The notes beneath the pieces were generated by a model, which saw only the letters and a program-made list of their open reading frames with translations, did no database searches and was not told where the DNA came from. A DNA stretch of 64,000 bases, taken from contig OZ316894.1 of assembly GCA_973895155.1 (NCBI GenBank), positions 867,968 through 931,967 of the forward strand, in the 5' to 3' direction. This document shows positions 25,532 to 38,624 of the stretch, in pieces. The position numbers and the translations under genes are program-made. This DNA comes from Marsupella aquatica. Lineage: Eukaryota > Plantae > Marchantiophyta. Each line of letters opens with the position of its first letter. The stretch's first letter is position 1.

Positions 25532-28199
25532 ATTAGTCATTATTTTATTATAAGAAAAATATTTTTTATAAATCTTTGAATTTAAGTTTTTAAATTGGAA
25601 ATGTAACTAAAACGGTTACATAGTGACAGTTTTAACTGTCTTGTTTTTTGCATTTCCAATTTTTTACTTTTCTTTTTACGACATGACGTCCCAAAATTTA
25701 CACTCAAATTGACACAAACACGAATGAAAAATATGAGTTTGATTCACAAAACTGATGAGTCTTGTTTATTGCGGTTGTTGTTGATATGGCACACTATGGT
25801 GCCAAGAATTTTGGAAGGGACCTCTAGTGGGGTCCGTAAACATTGTAAGCCCTATTTTTTCTCCTTTCACTAACCACTGAGAATTAAGATTCATGATCAT
25901 GAATTGACACATATCAGTACATGTACATCCTTGCATTCCCAGTATTGTGCAAGGGTGTCGTGTGGAGGAACCCATGGATGGACGGCCTTTTTGTCAGCCT
26001 AGCTATACTTGGGAATACATGATAAGACATAATGTTTGGGTGCAGTCATTGTTGGTTTGTCCATACTCGTCTAACCATGTCCTGGTGTTATTTATTTACT
26101 CCACACTCCTCCATAGCTAATGCACTTTAGTTTCATCTTTGCTGATCATATTGAGTCCGAGACCAAATTGCCCTCCATCCGGTTTCCAAGGCCACACTCC
26201 TCCATGGACTTTAGGTTTCATCTTTGCTGATCATATCGAGTCCAAGGGACAGTGCAACCGAAACTACAGTAGGTTGTGCAATGATCTGCATTGCAATGCT
26301 CAATGTCGATTCCCACTCATTCGGCTCTGTGTTTCCCCATTTGGTTCTGTGACGGTTTCTCAAGAGTCAGGCAGGGCTGACTTTCCCCCCTTGCCTTGTG
26401 TACTCGGTTAATAAAGGTTGCTCATGTAACCAGTAAATCACTTGAATGAAGCTGCAAAGTAGCAGAAACTAGTACCCCAAATCTCATTAGAACTCACCAG
26501 ACAGGTGCTGTCACCTTCTAAGGACATTCAGATTCAAAGAAGCAAATTCCAGTAGCCCTAAATCTCATGAAAACTCACCAGACAGGTGATGTCACCTTCT
26601 GAGGACGTTCGGATGCTGCCCTTGCAGTTGTCTCATGGCAAGTGCCGACCGACCTCTCCTGTAGCATCCATTCACCTCAGTTCTTGACCAAACTCTTGTT
26701 ACAGTCGGCCCCTGCTATTTCCACCACGTTAGACGCAAACCCTTGGTATATGGGAGCTGAGGACGTACATATTCCTCCATAGGGAGTCGAGTTTTCCCCG
26801 AGCATTTTGCATAGCTTGATAACTGCAAAGTTTTCTCCTAAATACAGACAAAAAAGCTAAAAAACAATCAATATAATCACTGAGTCTCCACAAACCAATC
26901 TCACTTAGACAATAAGAGCACTTAAGCCAATCTGCGAGCACGCCTCAATGTGCATTGTGAAGTTCACTCGTCCTGCTTCTACAATAATGTACTCTAGCTA
27001 CTGTATCGATTTCAATTTCTGAGTCTTCTTTCTCGGAATATCGTCCCAGGCACAAATTTAGAGGAAGGCCCAGAAATGGTTTTGAGAAAATTGTTTGAAA
27101 TGAAAGGAAAGCGAAAAAATCCTGCGTAAAATTTATCTTGTTTCAATACAGTGGAGAAAGTCTAGAAAACATTGTCAAATGAGTTACCGTAGTGTCATGC
27201 AGCCCCTGACCTGACATTTACAGTAATGTGAGGAATCTTCTCATGAAGGCAGAACATGTTTGCAACAATCCACTAAGCATTGGTCACTGATCCTGATCGT
27301 TAACAAAATTTGACAATTATGCTGGAATTACAGATTCGGTGGACAAATGTCATGACATTTCCATGCCCACAAGCTGCTAACTTAATTTGTAGCAAAGAGA
27401 ACAGAGACTTGAGTGAGAGTTCAGAATGAGCATAATGGTGCGGAATGAACACATAGCGGCTTACAAAGCACACTATTTATGAATTTCTCAGAAGTCGAGC
27501 TCGATTTCATCAGATCTGGAAGAAACTCAGAAGCTCCTGAGAACAATCTACCGACGAATCGAGTGCAGAGTGACTAACTTAAGGTGTCTATTTATCGCCT
27601 TAGTCAGCAAATTTTAGCAATTGTTTGTAATCTTGAAGTGCATTCTGCAAGGGATCTAGAATTCTCATTGTCAAAATAACAAAAAAATCCAGCTACAGGT
27701 CAACCAGAACCTCGCAGAATGGCACTTTTCAATTCAGACTAACCAAATATGAAGGTGCATAGTACCACAAACGATGCGGACTCCATAAATGAACTTGTGT
27801 CGCAAAAATTGATAACCACCTTTACAATTGTCAATTGACAAAAGACAATGAATGCCTACCCTCAGTCCTCCCTAAGTCCAGTGCTTCCTCTGTTTCTCTT
27901 CTCTATCTCCACCATCCTTTGTTTCCGCGTGTTTTATCATCAGCAGATGTGCTTAAAACTGGGGCAGTTCTTCTTACAACTTCGCTGGTCCTCATCCAGC
28001 GTATTGCAACTGGGACAAGCGGTTCAGAAATGGGGCTCTCTGATCAATCGATCCATTGCCTTCCGTGCACACTTAGCTTCCCGGGCCTTCATCATATACT
28101 CTCTTCCCCGGAAATATGAATTTAGCATGAGTAACGCCGACTCTTACCTTGCTAATCTGCCGCAGGTCACAACGAGCATCCGAACCCGCTCTCTCCCTC

Positions 28200-28260
28200 T
28201 CTATCTACGTATCTATCTACGTCTCTATCTATCTATCTATCTATCTATCTGTCTATCTGT
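28200..28260. repeat. (GATA/GACA)n microsatellite overlapping the eIF3g stop codon
   Basis: CTATCTATCTAT... on the plus strand. Confidence 0.92.
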
Positions 28261-29125
28261 CCGTCCTGGGAGTGGCCCACTCCACTCGCAAGATCAGATT
28301 GTCATAGCCATAGCCGTCGAGCTTGGTGATGGCACGCACAGCATCATCTCTATTGACAAAATTGATGAAAGCGAATCCACGGCTAAGTCCGGTGTCGCGA
28401 TCGAACGCCACATAAATTCGAGAAATGGGGCCGAACGGCCGGAAGAGCTCTTGTAAGTCCTCTTCTCTGGTGTCCTCAGACAAATTGGTGACTCTAATTG
28501 AATTGTCATCCCGTCCTTTCCGCATACTCTCTCCATCTCCTTTCCCACCGCCTCGCATGCTGGGAGGCACATACGAGCCCTTCCCTCCGGCTCCCGGCGG
28601 GCCGCTTGACAGTCCCGAGATATCATCGTCAGCCGGGGGTTTGTCGCCCAGAGAGAAGCCTCTCGAGGCTGCCAGCTCCTTGAACGGGCACTTCGAGGTC
28701 CAGTGATCGCCCTTCTTCCCACAAGTCCTACAAACGATGAGCGACGAATTCCCGAGAGACGCAAGATCAGCGCCCTTCTCCTCCTGCTTGGGGCCGGTCT
28801 GCCCAGCGGGGCGGGTCCTCTCGAGGAAGATCTCCTCAGTGGACACCACCGTGAGGTTCTCCGATGCGTTCTGCCCCAAAGCGTCCCCAAATTTCTTCAA
28901 CCCCCGCCTCCGGATAGTGGCCGGATTGAGCTTCTTCATCTGCTTCTTGACCCGGACCGTCGTCGTCACCTTCACCTTCACTCCGTCCTCCTTGTTCCTC
29001 CATTCAATTATGATCTTCACCCCCTTCTCGTCAGGCCCGATCACCTGCGTCGGGGGGAGGACTCCCTCGATCCCCTCGTCCTCATCCGCTGCATCTCCCC
29101 ACCGAAAATCCTTCCTGCCTGACAT
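28253..29125 (-). CDS. eIF3g: Eukaryotic translation initiation factor 3 subunit G, intronless CDS, 290 aa
   Basis: RWGD N-terminus, zinc knuckle CRTCGKKGDHWTSKCP, C-terminal RRM (IRVTNL, RGFAFINF, GYGYDNLILRVEWA). First in-frame ATG is at 29125; the ORF-track start is a TTG. Confidence 0.96.
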   Translation of the reverse strand: MSGRKDFRWGDAADEDEGIEGVLPPTQVIGPDEKGVKIIIEWRNKEDGVKVKVTTTVRVKKQMKKLNPATIRRRGLKKFGDALGQNASENLTVVSTEEIFLERTRPAGQTGPKQEEKGADLASLGNSSLIVCRTCGKKGDHWTSKCPFKELAASRGFSLGDKPPADDDISGLSSGPPGAGGKGSYVPPSMRGGGKGDGESMRKGRDDNSIRVTNLSEDTREEDLQELFRPFGPISRIYVAFDRDTGLSRGFAFINFVNRDDAVRAITKLDGYGYDNLILRVEWATPRTDR

Positions 29126-29171
29126 GTCACCTCTTCTTCGTTGTTCGTCCAAATCGACAATCTTCGTTCGT

Positions 29172-29180
29172 AAACCCTAA
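29172..29180. promoter_or_regulatory. Telo-box AAACCCTAA upstream of eIF3g
   Basis: Exact motif about 50 nt from the ATG; typical of plant translation-machinery genes. Confidence 0.6.
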
Positions 29181-29812
29181 GACTCAAATCCTTCGCTGCG
29201 TGTCTCCTGTCAAATGCACCCGTGCTGAATCCGCAGGCAGCGATGAAAACGAGTTTGCGAACCCGTGGCCTCCTCGTCGCTTGGGTCCTCCCGACGACCA
29301 GCCCTTCCTCCACAGAAGCTGTGGAGTAATAAGGTTTCGCTTCTCAGTGTTGCTCGGTTCGTTCGGTGCACAACCTCAACACTCACTACACCAGTTTCTT
29401 CCGTTGTTTGGGGCACGAGGTGCTGAATTCTCGCTACAATGTGAATTTGAGCTTCCTATCTTTGCTATCGTCGACGATTTTGCACATACACTGTCGTCAC
29501 CTTTGTATCTCTACTATGATTGTGTATTGTTTCGATGATCTTGGACAAAAACTTGACCTTTGCATCTCTATTAATCTAAAGTCAGGCATCACCCTGCATG
29601 GCAGTTCTGTCGAAGCTTTTTAGTCTCGTGGCAGTGTACTTAGGGGTGAGACTCGAGACGAAACTCGTGTTTGCTGTTGGTTGGGTCATTAAACGTGTCT
29701 CACCTTCAATTCTGCTGGTGTGCATGATTGCTGTGGTGGGGGCAATGCATCTCAATGTCAGTTTTTCAGAATGCTCATTCATGACCCCTTGACTAGTCTC
29801 GTTTATTCTATG

Positions 29813-30576
29813 GTTGTGCCATGTCAGCAATTTTTGTCACAAACAAATAAAACCATTTGTGTTTGTTGCCACCCCAACACAAATGTATAGACTCCAAAGT
29901 GATAAAAACTCAAACAAATTGAAAAATACAATGCCAAATAACAAAGAATAAGGGCAAAAAATTGTTACCAAATGATTGATCGGAAGCGTTGATCAATTAG
30001 ATCAAAACGTCTAGAGCTAGTCACTGTTGTTTGTTAAATGAATAAATACCAACAAAAAAATAGTGTAATTTTAAAAATAAATAAAATAGTTGCAAGAGGG
30101 AGGATGGAGGACTACAGTCATGCTTTACTTACTAAATAAATTTGAAAGAAGCCTATTTCCCAGAAATATCCAATGACCCTCATCAAACGAATCAAGAGAT
30201 TCAAGGGACTTAAAGAAAAACAGAAGAAAGGGAGATACAATTGGGGACAAACAATGAGAATGGATGAAATGCTAGGATGGACAGGAGAGGGAAGAATTTG
30301 GGGTTGCAAGTTTTGGTCTAATGAATGTTTCATTTATAATTGCTCAATCATTCCAAAGTAACAATGGCCCAACACAAAAACGTAATTATCCCCATTGTTT
30401 TTAGACCAAACCTCTTGTCTGTCAAGCCAAGCATGGCGCCCCAAAAATTACATTGTTTTTGCCACAAACATGAATGTGTGTCAAAAATATGATCTGTCCT
30501 GTTTGTGGTTGGTTGTGTTGATGTGGCGCAAACTCGTGACAGAGAATTTGCAAGGGACCTTTCATGGGGTACGTAA
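29813..30576 (+). mobile_element. Non-autonomous element with subterminal inverted repeats and a 3' hairpin (Helentron/Helitron2-like?); related 3' ends at 10285-10366 and 25760-25840
   Basis: 5' TGTGCCATGTCAGC versus 3' GTTGATGTGGCGCA, followed by GAATTTG..GGACC..GGGGT; the 3' motif recurs three times in the window. Confidence 0.4.
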
Positions 30577-30980
30577 TTAATGTCTTTGGTTTTTAGATCA
30601 TCTTGCTAGTCGTAAGAAATGTATGGCTTGAAGTGCCACCGAGATGACATCGAAGCCTGCATAAGAAGGTATGAAGGAGGTCTGCTTGGTTTACATCTGT
30701 GGTGGAAAATGAGCTTCAACTACTTTTGAGGGAGAATATGTATTACTGTAGTTTCCTTACAAACATTGAAACAGGGGTCCACAAACTAAGTTTTTAGGGA
30801 GACTTTAAGGTAACTGACCTTTTGACCCAAAATGTTGCTTCCTTGGTATGACCAAAAGTTTACAGAAAACTCTATATATAGTATAGCATGCTCATCCTGG
30901 AACATGTCTTTTTTTGGTCTTGTAGTGATATGTAATTCATCTAATTTAATTTATTCATCTATTTAGATGTAAAGTATATG

Positions 30981-32312
30981 GAGGTATATGCTTGATCGGA
31001 CCCCTCTGGACTGTTTCTTATTTAATCAACCCCCTATGTTCAGATCTGCCCCAATGGACCCCCTCTGACAATTTCTTACATGTAGTTCTTGGGAAGAGCA
31101 CTATAGGGAGACTTTACCGCAATGGACTCTAAGTTTTTATCATTTGAGCCCGTGGTCTCGCCCGTGGTATGCAACAATTGTGTCAAGATAAGAGTCGGCC
31201 CACAATCCACTCATGATAAGATCGAATGACACCGAATGCAGACGTGGGTACTTTTGTGTTTGAAGACAAACCTAGTATGATCTTCAAACATTTAGGGGTT
31301 AGTCTCTAGCAGGGTCTCCATTTGTCTGAAGTTCAGATGTTATAAAATTGGGCTGCTATCTCCATAATGTTCATATATAGTTGTTTTGCTGAGAATCTTT
31401 ATCAGTGCATTCCACTAGAGACAAATGTATGTTTAGATCTCCCTCACAGACAAATGCTTTTGCTGGATTTCTTTGACACCGATTTACTAAATTGGCACAC
31501 TTGCGTTCAGAAATTATTAAATGTTTCCAATCTTTATACCACAAGACCATTATGACAGCCAAGAATCCAAACATTTGTAAAATTCTCCAAAATCCTTGAA
31601 GGGTTTGCCTTTTGAATTTGAGTTGCCTTTGCTTCCATTACAAGCAATTGAACTAAGACACTTTGCATTATGTACTTTCAACAAAGTGTGTTCACGAAAA
31701 TGAACAATACATACGAACAACAATTGATGACAACATTAAATTCTTACACACTTTCTTATAGGCGTTCCCATCAGTTATCCTGGCCACATCCTAAATCCAT
31801 GTGCAATTGCGTCTTGTTTTTGGACACACTCTATCTTGTAGTGATAATATGTCACATTAAAGAATGTCCACTTCACTAACGAAACGAGACTGAGCTAAGA
31901 AATAACCCCAAATACGATAGATTCCCCCAAACCTCATGACCGACAGAAGTCGTCGTGACAAAATTTCAAACAATGAACACTTGGACCAAGTTATGTGAGG
32001 ACAATTCAATAATGAACATCTGAAGACATAACACATATTGTCTTCACATAATTTTTGAAATCCTCAATCGTCGCCGTCGAGGCGAGGCCGACCCTAAACC
32101 AAGCATTTGACAGTTTGGACAAGTTGCTCGCACCCACGGACAGGTTCAGGTACACTACAATTGCAATACACAGCATGTCATGAACCAGAAACTATCAAAG
32201 GGGATTGATTGGGTAACAAACAGACTTTGGGGGGTCTATTGGGGCAGATCTGAACATAGGGGGTCGATTAAGTAGGAAACAGTCCAGAGGGGGTTGATTA
32301 AGCATATAGCTC
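30981..32312. mobile_element. Non-autonomous Mutator-like element (MULE) with perfect 10-bp TSD
   Basis: ~85-bp TIRs (GAGGTATATGCTTGATCGGACCCCTCTGGACTGTTTC...CAGATCTGCCCCAAT); TSD AAAGTATATG at 30971-30980 and 32313-32322. Confidence 0.9.
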
Positions 32313-32970
32313 AAAGTATATGCCAAAAAATTAATACCTGTTAATGAAGAGTGAGTGACATAGCACACAAAACCATTAATACACATTCAAAGAAAAGCAC
32401 ATATTGACCAAGAAAGTACAAAGGTACTAAAAAGTTGTGCGCATAAGGTGCAGATTTTCACTTGCTTCTAGTTAATGACAATCAACACAATTAAAATCAT
32501 AAAATTAAAACCATAAATTTTGTAAAGAAAACCACAAGTGGAACTTAGTACACCAGATGTGCACATTGTTCAAACTCATTTCCCTCAGACCATGAGAAAA
32601 GAAAAAATTCACTAAAGAGTGATTGAAAAGGAAAGATTAAACATTTATGAGGAGAGCCAAATAATTTCAAAATACTCTAACTTCACTAAAATTAAAAGGG
32701 GTCCAAAAGTTAATTCAAAATCAAATTAATACAAATGATTCACTTGTTAAGACACATTAAAATCAAATACTAGACACAAAATCTGAATAAGACAAAACCT
32801 CAAAGTTGGATTCACCATATAACATGAAAGTTGGATTCACCATATAGGAGTGTCATTATTGCTTCCTTGGTACTACCAAATGTTTACAGAAAACTCTATT
32901 ATACTGCTGAGTTTTTCTATGCTTGTTTTTTATTAGGGCGTGCTGTTTTTTACGAGGATGGGTTCCACAT

Positions 32971-33289
32971 TATGTTGCAAAGGTCGCAGTTAAATTGTCT
33001 TGTAGCAGCTGACCATGCTATTTATAATACAGTAAGAGAAAGAAGAGTAAGAAAGCTGGGAACTGTTCATAAATAAATAGTAGGGTGCACGGCCATGAGT
33101 GTGCAGGAGATGCTGGGGCATGGTGGACGAGGGCATGTGCATAAGGTGAAGGGGGGGGGGGGGGGAGGGGGGGGGGAGGTATGTCCTGCACACTCATGGC
33201 CATGCACCGTAACTCTTCTTTCTCTTACTGTATTATAAATAGCATGGTCAGCTGCTACAAGACAATTTAACTTTGAACTTTGCACCATA
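32971..33289. repeat. Long foldback inverted repeat with a G-run in the loop
   Basis: About 32988-33047 is the exact reverse complement of about 33212-33272; second stem 33084-33110 with 33181-33208. Confidence 0.9.
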
Positions 33290-34005
33290 CTGTAGTTTAA
33301 CAACACACATGTAGTTTAGAATCTCTTTAAGCACATAAGTTCTTCCACAAACATTTTCTAAATGCGAAGGTACCTACTGTAGACCCTTTATGTACTTTTT
33401 CAGACAAGCGTTTTTGGAAAACAATTTGCAAGACATGCATTTTATCATGGAAAGGATATCTACAGTAGAGTTTATTTTCATCTTTAAGTGGAGGGAGCAT
33501 GAATTATATTATAGAAAACTGCCAAAGAACAATAAGCACTACAGCAGGAGACAAGATAAGAAAGGCAGGAAACCCAATAAAGAGGAGAGGAAACACAGAA
33601 AAGAGTCAAAAGACCAAAGAGCCAAATTGAAAACCCCAGAGTCCAAAGCCGGAGAGTCCCACTAATGGCAAAGTAACTAAGGCCCAACTTGCATGTAGCA
33701 GCCCTGAAGGAAGCTGCCCTTAGCACTTGCAAAATACTCTGCAAAAAGCACATTTAGAGTGCAACAGGATTTCCTGCCCTGCAACATCTGCTTTTTTTTA
33801 CTATGAGATCAAAGGTAGGGAGGCCGGCCCTTGCCCTTGGGATTTCACAAGTATTGCCATCAGGCTTGGCACAAAAGGGGGTTCACGCTTGTAATTCTCA
33901 CTCACTCACTCAATGCTTCTGTGGAGTTAGGCACAAAAAGGGGTTCAGGCATGTAATTCTCACTCAGGCATGTAATTCTCACTCACTCAATGCTTCTGTG
34001 AAGTT

Positions 34006-34261
34006 CAGGGCAGCATTCTTCCAAGATTTAACAGGACCCCTCTGGCATTTCCTGGACTTAACAGTCCAGCAAGATGCCATAAAGACTTTACAAGACCCTG
34101 CAAGATGCCATAAAGACTTAACAAGACCCTGTGACTGCCTATTTTATCCATGTCTTCATGGCATTTTGCTGACAAGAGTCTGGTTAAGTCGAAGAGATTC
34201 CAGAGGGGTCCTGTTAAGTCTTTTCTTGGCATTCTTCAAGACGGCATTCTTCAAGACCCTG
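34006..34261. mobile_element. MITE-like element (CAGGG...CCCTG ends, internal inverted repeat)
   Basis: TTAACAGGACCCCTCTGG and CCAGAGGGGTCCTGTTAA inverted pair; repeated GACTTAACAAGACCC motifs; no TSD found. Confidence 0.5.
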
Positions 34262-34602
34262 TACATGGGAGTTGGACTGAGAACTACTGTAGAACGGGTT
34301 CAAAAATGATTTGCTTACAATAAGTGCACCTGTACACTCAGGACTCTGAAGACTTTTTGTGCTGCGGACTCTTCATGACTGAGCTGTGTGCTCTGCTCTT
34401 TGGGAGACTCTCTTGGTCCTACACATTCGCATGAGTGTGCTCGGTGTGTGCTGCTTTTTGGGAGACTCTCGTTGTGTTGCGAATTTTCATGATTGTGCTC
34501 TGTGTGCTGCTTTTTGATGTATGATGAACAAAACGCCCGAGAAGAAAGAATCGACCTGATTGTTGGTACAGTATACCACAGAGCAACTCAGTGAGTTTCA
34601 AA

Positions 34603-34604
<2 letters not shown>

Positions 34605-34650
<46 letters not shown>
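34605..34650. repeat. (CT)n microsatellite upstream of the SDR gene
   Basis: Direct read. Confidence 0.97.
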
Positions 34651-34655
<5 letters not shown>

Positions 34656-34743
34656 CCTCTAAACAGCAGCAATTGTGTACTTGTTTGCGTCTACCAATAG
34701 TCAGCAATCACGGTATTGCGAAGGTGGTCACTTGGTTCTGAGG

Positions 34744-37677
34744 ATGGATAGCCAAGCCATTCCGCGGAGGTTAGTTGGCAAGGTTGCGGTGGTGACAGCG
34801 TCCACCCAGGGAATTGGGCTAGCCATCGTGGAGCGCCTGGGGCTCGAAGGAGCTTCGGTCGTAATCTCGTCGCGCAAGCAGGTGGGTGTTCCTCTTGGGT
34901 GGGTAGGAAATTTTGCGACTGCTGTACGTGACTTTTTTTATCTGGGTGTGCGCTGCAATTGCATCTGGAGAGGGAAGGAGTCTGACTGCGCTGACTTAAA
35001 TTGAGCCCATCCACAACCTTGATAAACGAGTCGGTCAAGCGTAGATTTGAACGTTGTCCATTCATGTCATTTCTGGGCTCAGTGTGAGCACTGTGACCCA
35101 ATTTGCCGGAGAAAACACAGCCGAACTGTTCCCTCAGCTTCCCATGTGAAGGGTTGTTTACTGATCGTTCAGTGGGAGATGAAGTATGTAGTTGTGAAGG
35201 ACATTCCAGGATACCGTTAATTGTTTAGATTTGTCAAAGCTTGGTGTCCCAAATGTCAAGGCGTCAGAGAAAAGCACCAGGGAAGAGAGATAGATGGTCC
35301 TCCCATCCAGCTCCTTTGACGGATTGGAAGTAACGTTAGTGAGAGTTTTGTGCGACCTACGGTAACCCTGAAAGTACTGTGGGCGGATGGTGGGAAAACA
35401 GAGACAGAACGAAAACCTACAAGGAGAATGCACGAGGAGCTTGATCTGTGGCGACTGTCTAGTATAGTCCACGATGGAGCATCTTTACGTTCAGAATTAG
35501 AGCTCGTTTTCTCTAGTTTGCTCTACTCTCCTTAGTTCCCTTGGGACAGTTTCACGGTAGGGCATCTCAGTCCAGAATTCCTAATAAGTTCATGAGCGCA
35601 AATCTTGCCGACGACTGTTCTTTTCCTGCGCCGCTCAGCTGAATCAATTTTGCTTCGACATCTAGATTCGTAAAGGCAATGACTATCCACTAACTTCCAA
35701 TTGTCTTTGAAACAGAAAAATGTAGACGAGGCTCTTGCACAATTGCAGGCAAAGGGCGTTGAAGCAATCGGAGTAACCTGTCATGTTTCTAAGGCTGACC
35801 AAAGACGAAATCTTATCAAGGCTGCCATCGATGTCAGTTTTTCTGATCTTCAGATCATAGTCAAGTCGCTGGGCATTCTTCTTTAGTATAGTTTCTTTGG
35901 TAGGGATGGTAATCTATGGCACAGGTGACCTTTTGCTGTGTCTACGGAAATCTGCCCTGCCTCTTCCGGTGAATATGGGGTCATTAATCTGCACTGTACC
36001 GACTGGCATGCAGAAATATGGCCGAATTGATATTCTGGTGTCCAATGCCGCAGCAAATCCATCTGTTGTTCCCATTTCAAAAATGCCTGAGGAGGTCATT
36101 GACAAATTGTGGGAGACCAATGTGAAGGCTGGCATTCTTCTAGTACAGGTATTTGGAACCTCTTTCTTGCACGATTAGATACAATTATCTGTGCGTCTTA
36201 GTGCTGTTTTTCCTTTCTTTGTTGTTGTTGTTGTGCTCTCGGGCAAGGAGGTGGGGTGCCCTTAGTGTCGGAGGGGGGCCCTATTTCAGAGCACACCACT
36301 GTCGCCTAGGATTTGCACCTAGACACTCCCGGGGGAAAGGAGAACATAGAAAAAGGGTGGACTAAACTTTAGGGTAGGGTTCGTACAGGGGGATACTGGA
36401 GAAGAGATGAGGGGACATGTGAAGAGTGGAGTTGGGAATAAAGATGAGTAACTGTTTCTGGGCATCTGAGGTATGGGATGTGAGGTTAGGGTCAAACTGC
36501 TGAGAAACAGACATTTCGTGAGTGTCTTCTATCTTGATCCAGTGTATAGTTTCAGGGACTCTACAACTCATAGTACCTACCATTGCTTCACCGTTGATGT
36601 AGCGTCCATGAAGCAAAGTAAAGCGTGGGTTCAATGATTGAGATTTTGGTCGACGGGTTTCCACTCTTATATTTGAACCTACAGTCCGGACACTATCTCT
36701 GAGCTATCCAACCAGAAACGTTCAACATTACAATATCCAAATCCTCTGAATAACCGCGCATGAGATGTGGGCAGGAAGCAGTACCGTATATGAAGCAAGG
36801 ATCTTCAATAACGTTCATCTCTTCAATAGCTGGCTTTAATCCCCCTCCAGCTGGGCTTCAAATGTACGGCGTGACCAAAACTGCTCTCCTGGGGTTAACA
36901 AAGGTGATGTTTGTTTCCTCCCCTGCCGCGTTCATTTGATATGCGGACAGGCTGCGTGCAAGACGATGGAGTCATACCTAACAACAAATCTAAACAAACG
37001 CAGTCCCTTGTTTTACACACTAGTAGCAGTGTCAGGCATCAACTTCGTGATGTTCTTGGTAGTTTGAGAAGTCTTGTCCTTCTTTTGTCTCCAAGCAAGG
37101 TTATGAATGCATCTTGAAAACCGTAAAAAGTATCCCAAGTACTTATCTGACAGAAGTGTGGTGTGGCAGGCATTAGCTGGAGAACTGGCACCGAAGATCC
37201 GAGTCAACAGTGTGAACCCTGGTTTTGTTCCCACTCATTTCGCCGACTATATGACGCGTACTCCAGAAATTGTAAGTTAAGTCACCATCCTTGGAATTTG
37301 AGATGCAGATGTGATTAAACTTTCTGAGGTATACATATTCAAAACAAATACCGAGTTAGTAATCGGTACTTGAGCGTTAGCATCACCATCTTGACGAACA
37401 GAATGTCTTCATGGTTAAGAGCAATCTGTATCCCATATCAAGATGTGCACAATCTGAGCCTGTGTGTGCCTCTTACCTCAAGAACAAAATGGCATAGCAT
37501 ATAACCTACTGTCCTCTTGAATTGCAGAGAAGGGAATTTGAATCTCAAACCATGCTCAAAAGACTAGGGACAACTTCAGATATGGCTGCTGCTGTGGCAT
37601 ATCTGGTTTCAGATGATGCTTCGTATGTCACAGGGGAAAACTTGGTTGTCGCGGGAGGCATGCAATCAAGACTATAA
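34744..37677 (+). CDS. Peroxisomal short-chain dehydrogenase/reductase (SDRa/IBR1/DHRS4-like), 256 aa; exons 34744-34881, 35716-35832, 36014-36148, 36775-36903, 37170-37271, 37528-37677
   Basis: TASTQGIG cofactor motif, VSNAA, catalytic [19 protein letters not shown]-terminal PTS1 SRL; all five introns are GT-AG, phase 0. Confidence 0.94.
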
Positions 37678-38624
37678 CGTGCTTCTTTAATAAGTTTTAA
37701 TTGATTGGAGTTGCATACCTCAACTAATGAATGTTTGCGCTTGAAGGTTCAAACTCGTTCATCTGTGAAAGTATTTTGAGAGGCTTCATTCAGATCAAAA
37801 ATAATTTCAGCGGTGTCCCACATGTAATTAGCAAAGCTGAAATTTAAACTAGTGACTCTAAAATTGAGGTTTCCAAGTTGTTCACACAGATGAACAGATA
37901 TTGGAGGCAGGAGTATATTGGACACACATGTGCCTATCTGCCTTGACAATGCCAGTAAAAGCCGGAGTACAGTTCTTGAATATTTCCTGTGGTTGAACAG
38001 AGTTCATTCTGGGCCCTTGGGTAATTCTCTGGAGATTATAATGCTATATGATCCTTCAGGAGGACGTAATCCACTCTTGATAGGCCGCTTGAAATCTGTA
38101 TCTCATTTTGCATTGCTCTCTGCAATATCTTTGGTTAGCACCCGGTATCAATTCTTCCTCACATTTTTGTTCTACCTTGAGTGAGGAAGAATGAGAGACC
38201 AAGCTTTTTGAAAACCAGGACCTACTCAAAAGTTAAGACAAAACATTATCCTAAACACAAACAAACCAGCCACTCCAATTCACTTCACTTCACTAGAGAA
38301 GGGGCCAAAGGAGCAAATTATTTTAATCAAACTAAATATATATCATAACCGGCCCCCAACAACATCAAAAACAAACGAACAAACAACTCCTGTAGTTGTT
38401 GGCATCAAGTGTAATGATTAGAAACACAAGCATTGCACGGGTATCCTCCTACTGACCTACCTTTGACAAGGTGCAATGTTGCCAACTATTGGAGCTAGGA
38501 TTGATAGCACAGGTTTGGGTTTTGTTGGGTTGGAGATCGGGTCTGTGATAGGTCTCCATTCTTTTTAAGCATAAAAAGTAAGCAAGGGCACATAATTAAT
38601 TATTTGGGATCAAAAATCACACTC

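Noticed and set aside
28024-28095. Minus-strand ATGATGA...CTGA snoRNA candidate downstream of eIF3g
   Set aside because: No terminal stem and only about 7 nt of complementarity to 18S rRNA from memory; a snoscan run would be needed.
27848-28456. 202-aa plus-strand ORF
   Set aside because: Antisense to eIF3g and runs through the microsatellite (YLSI repeats).
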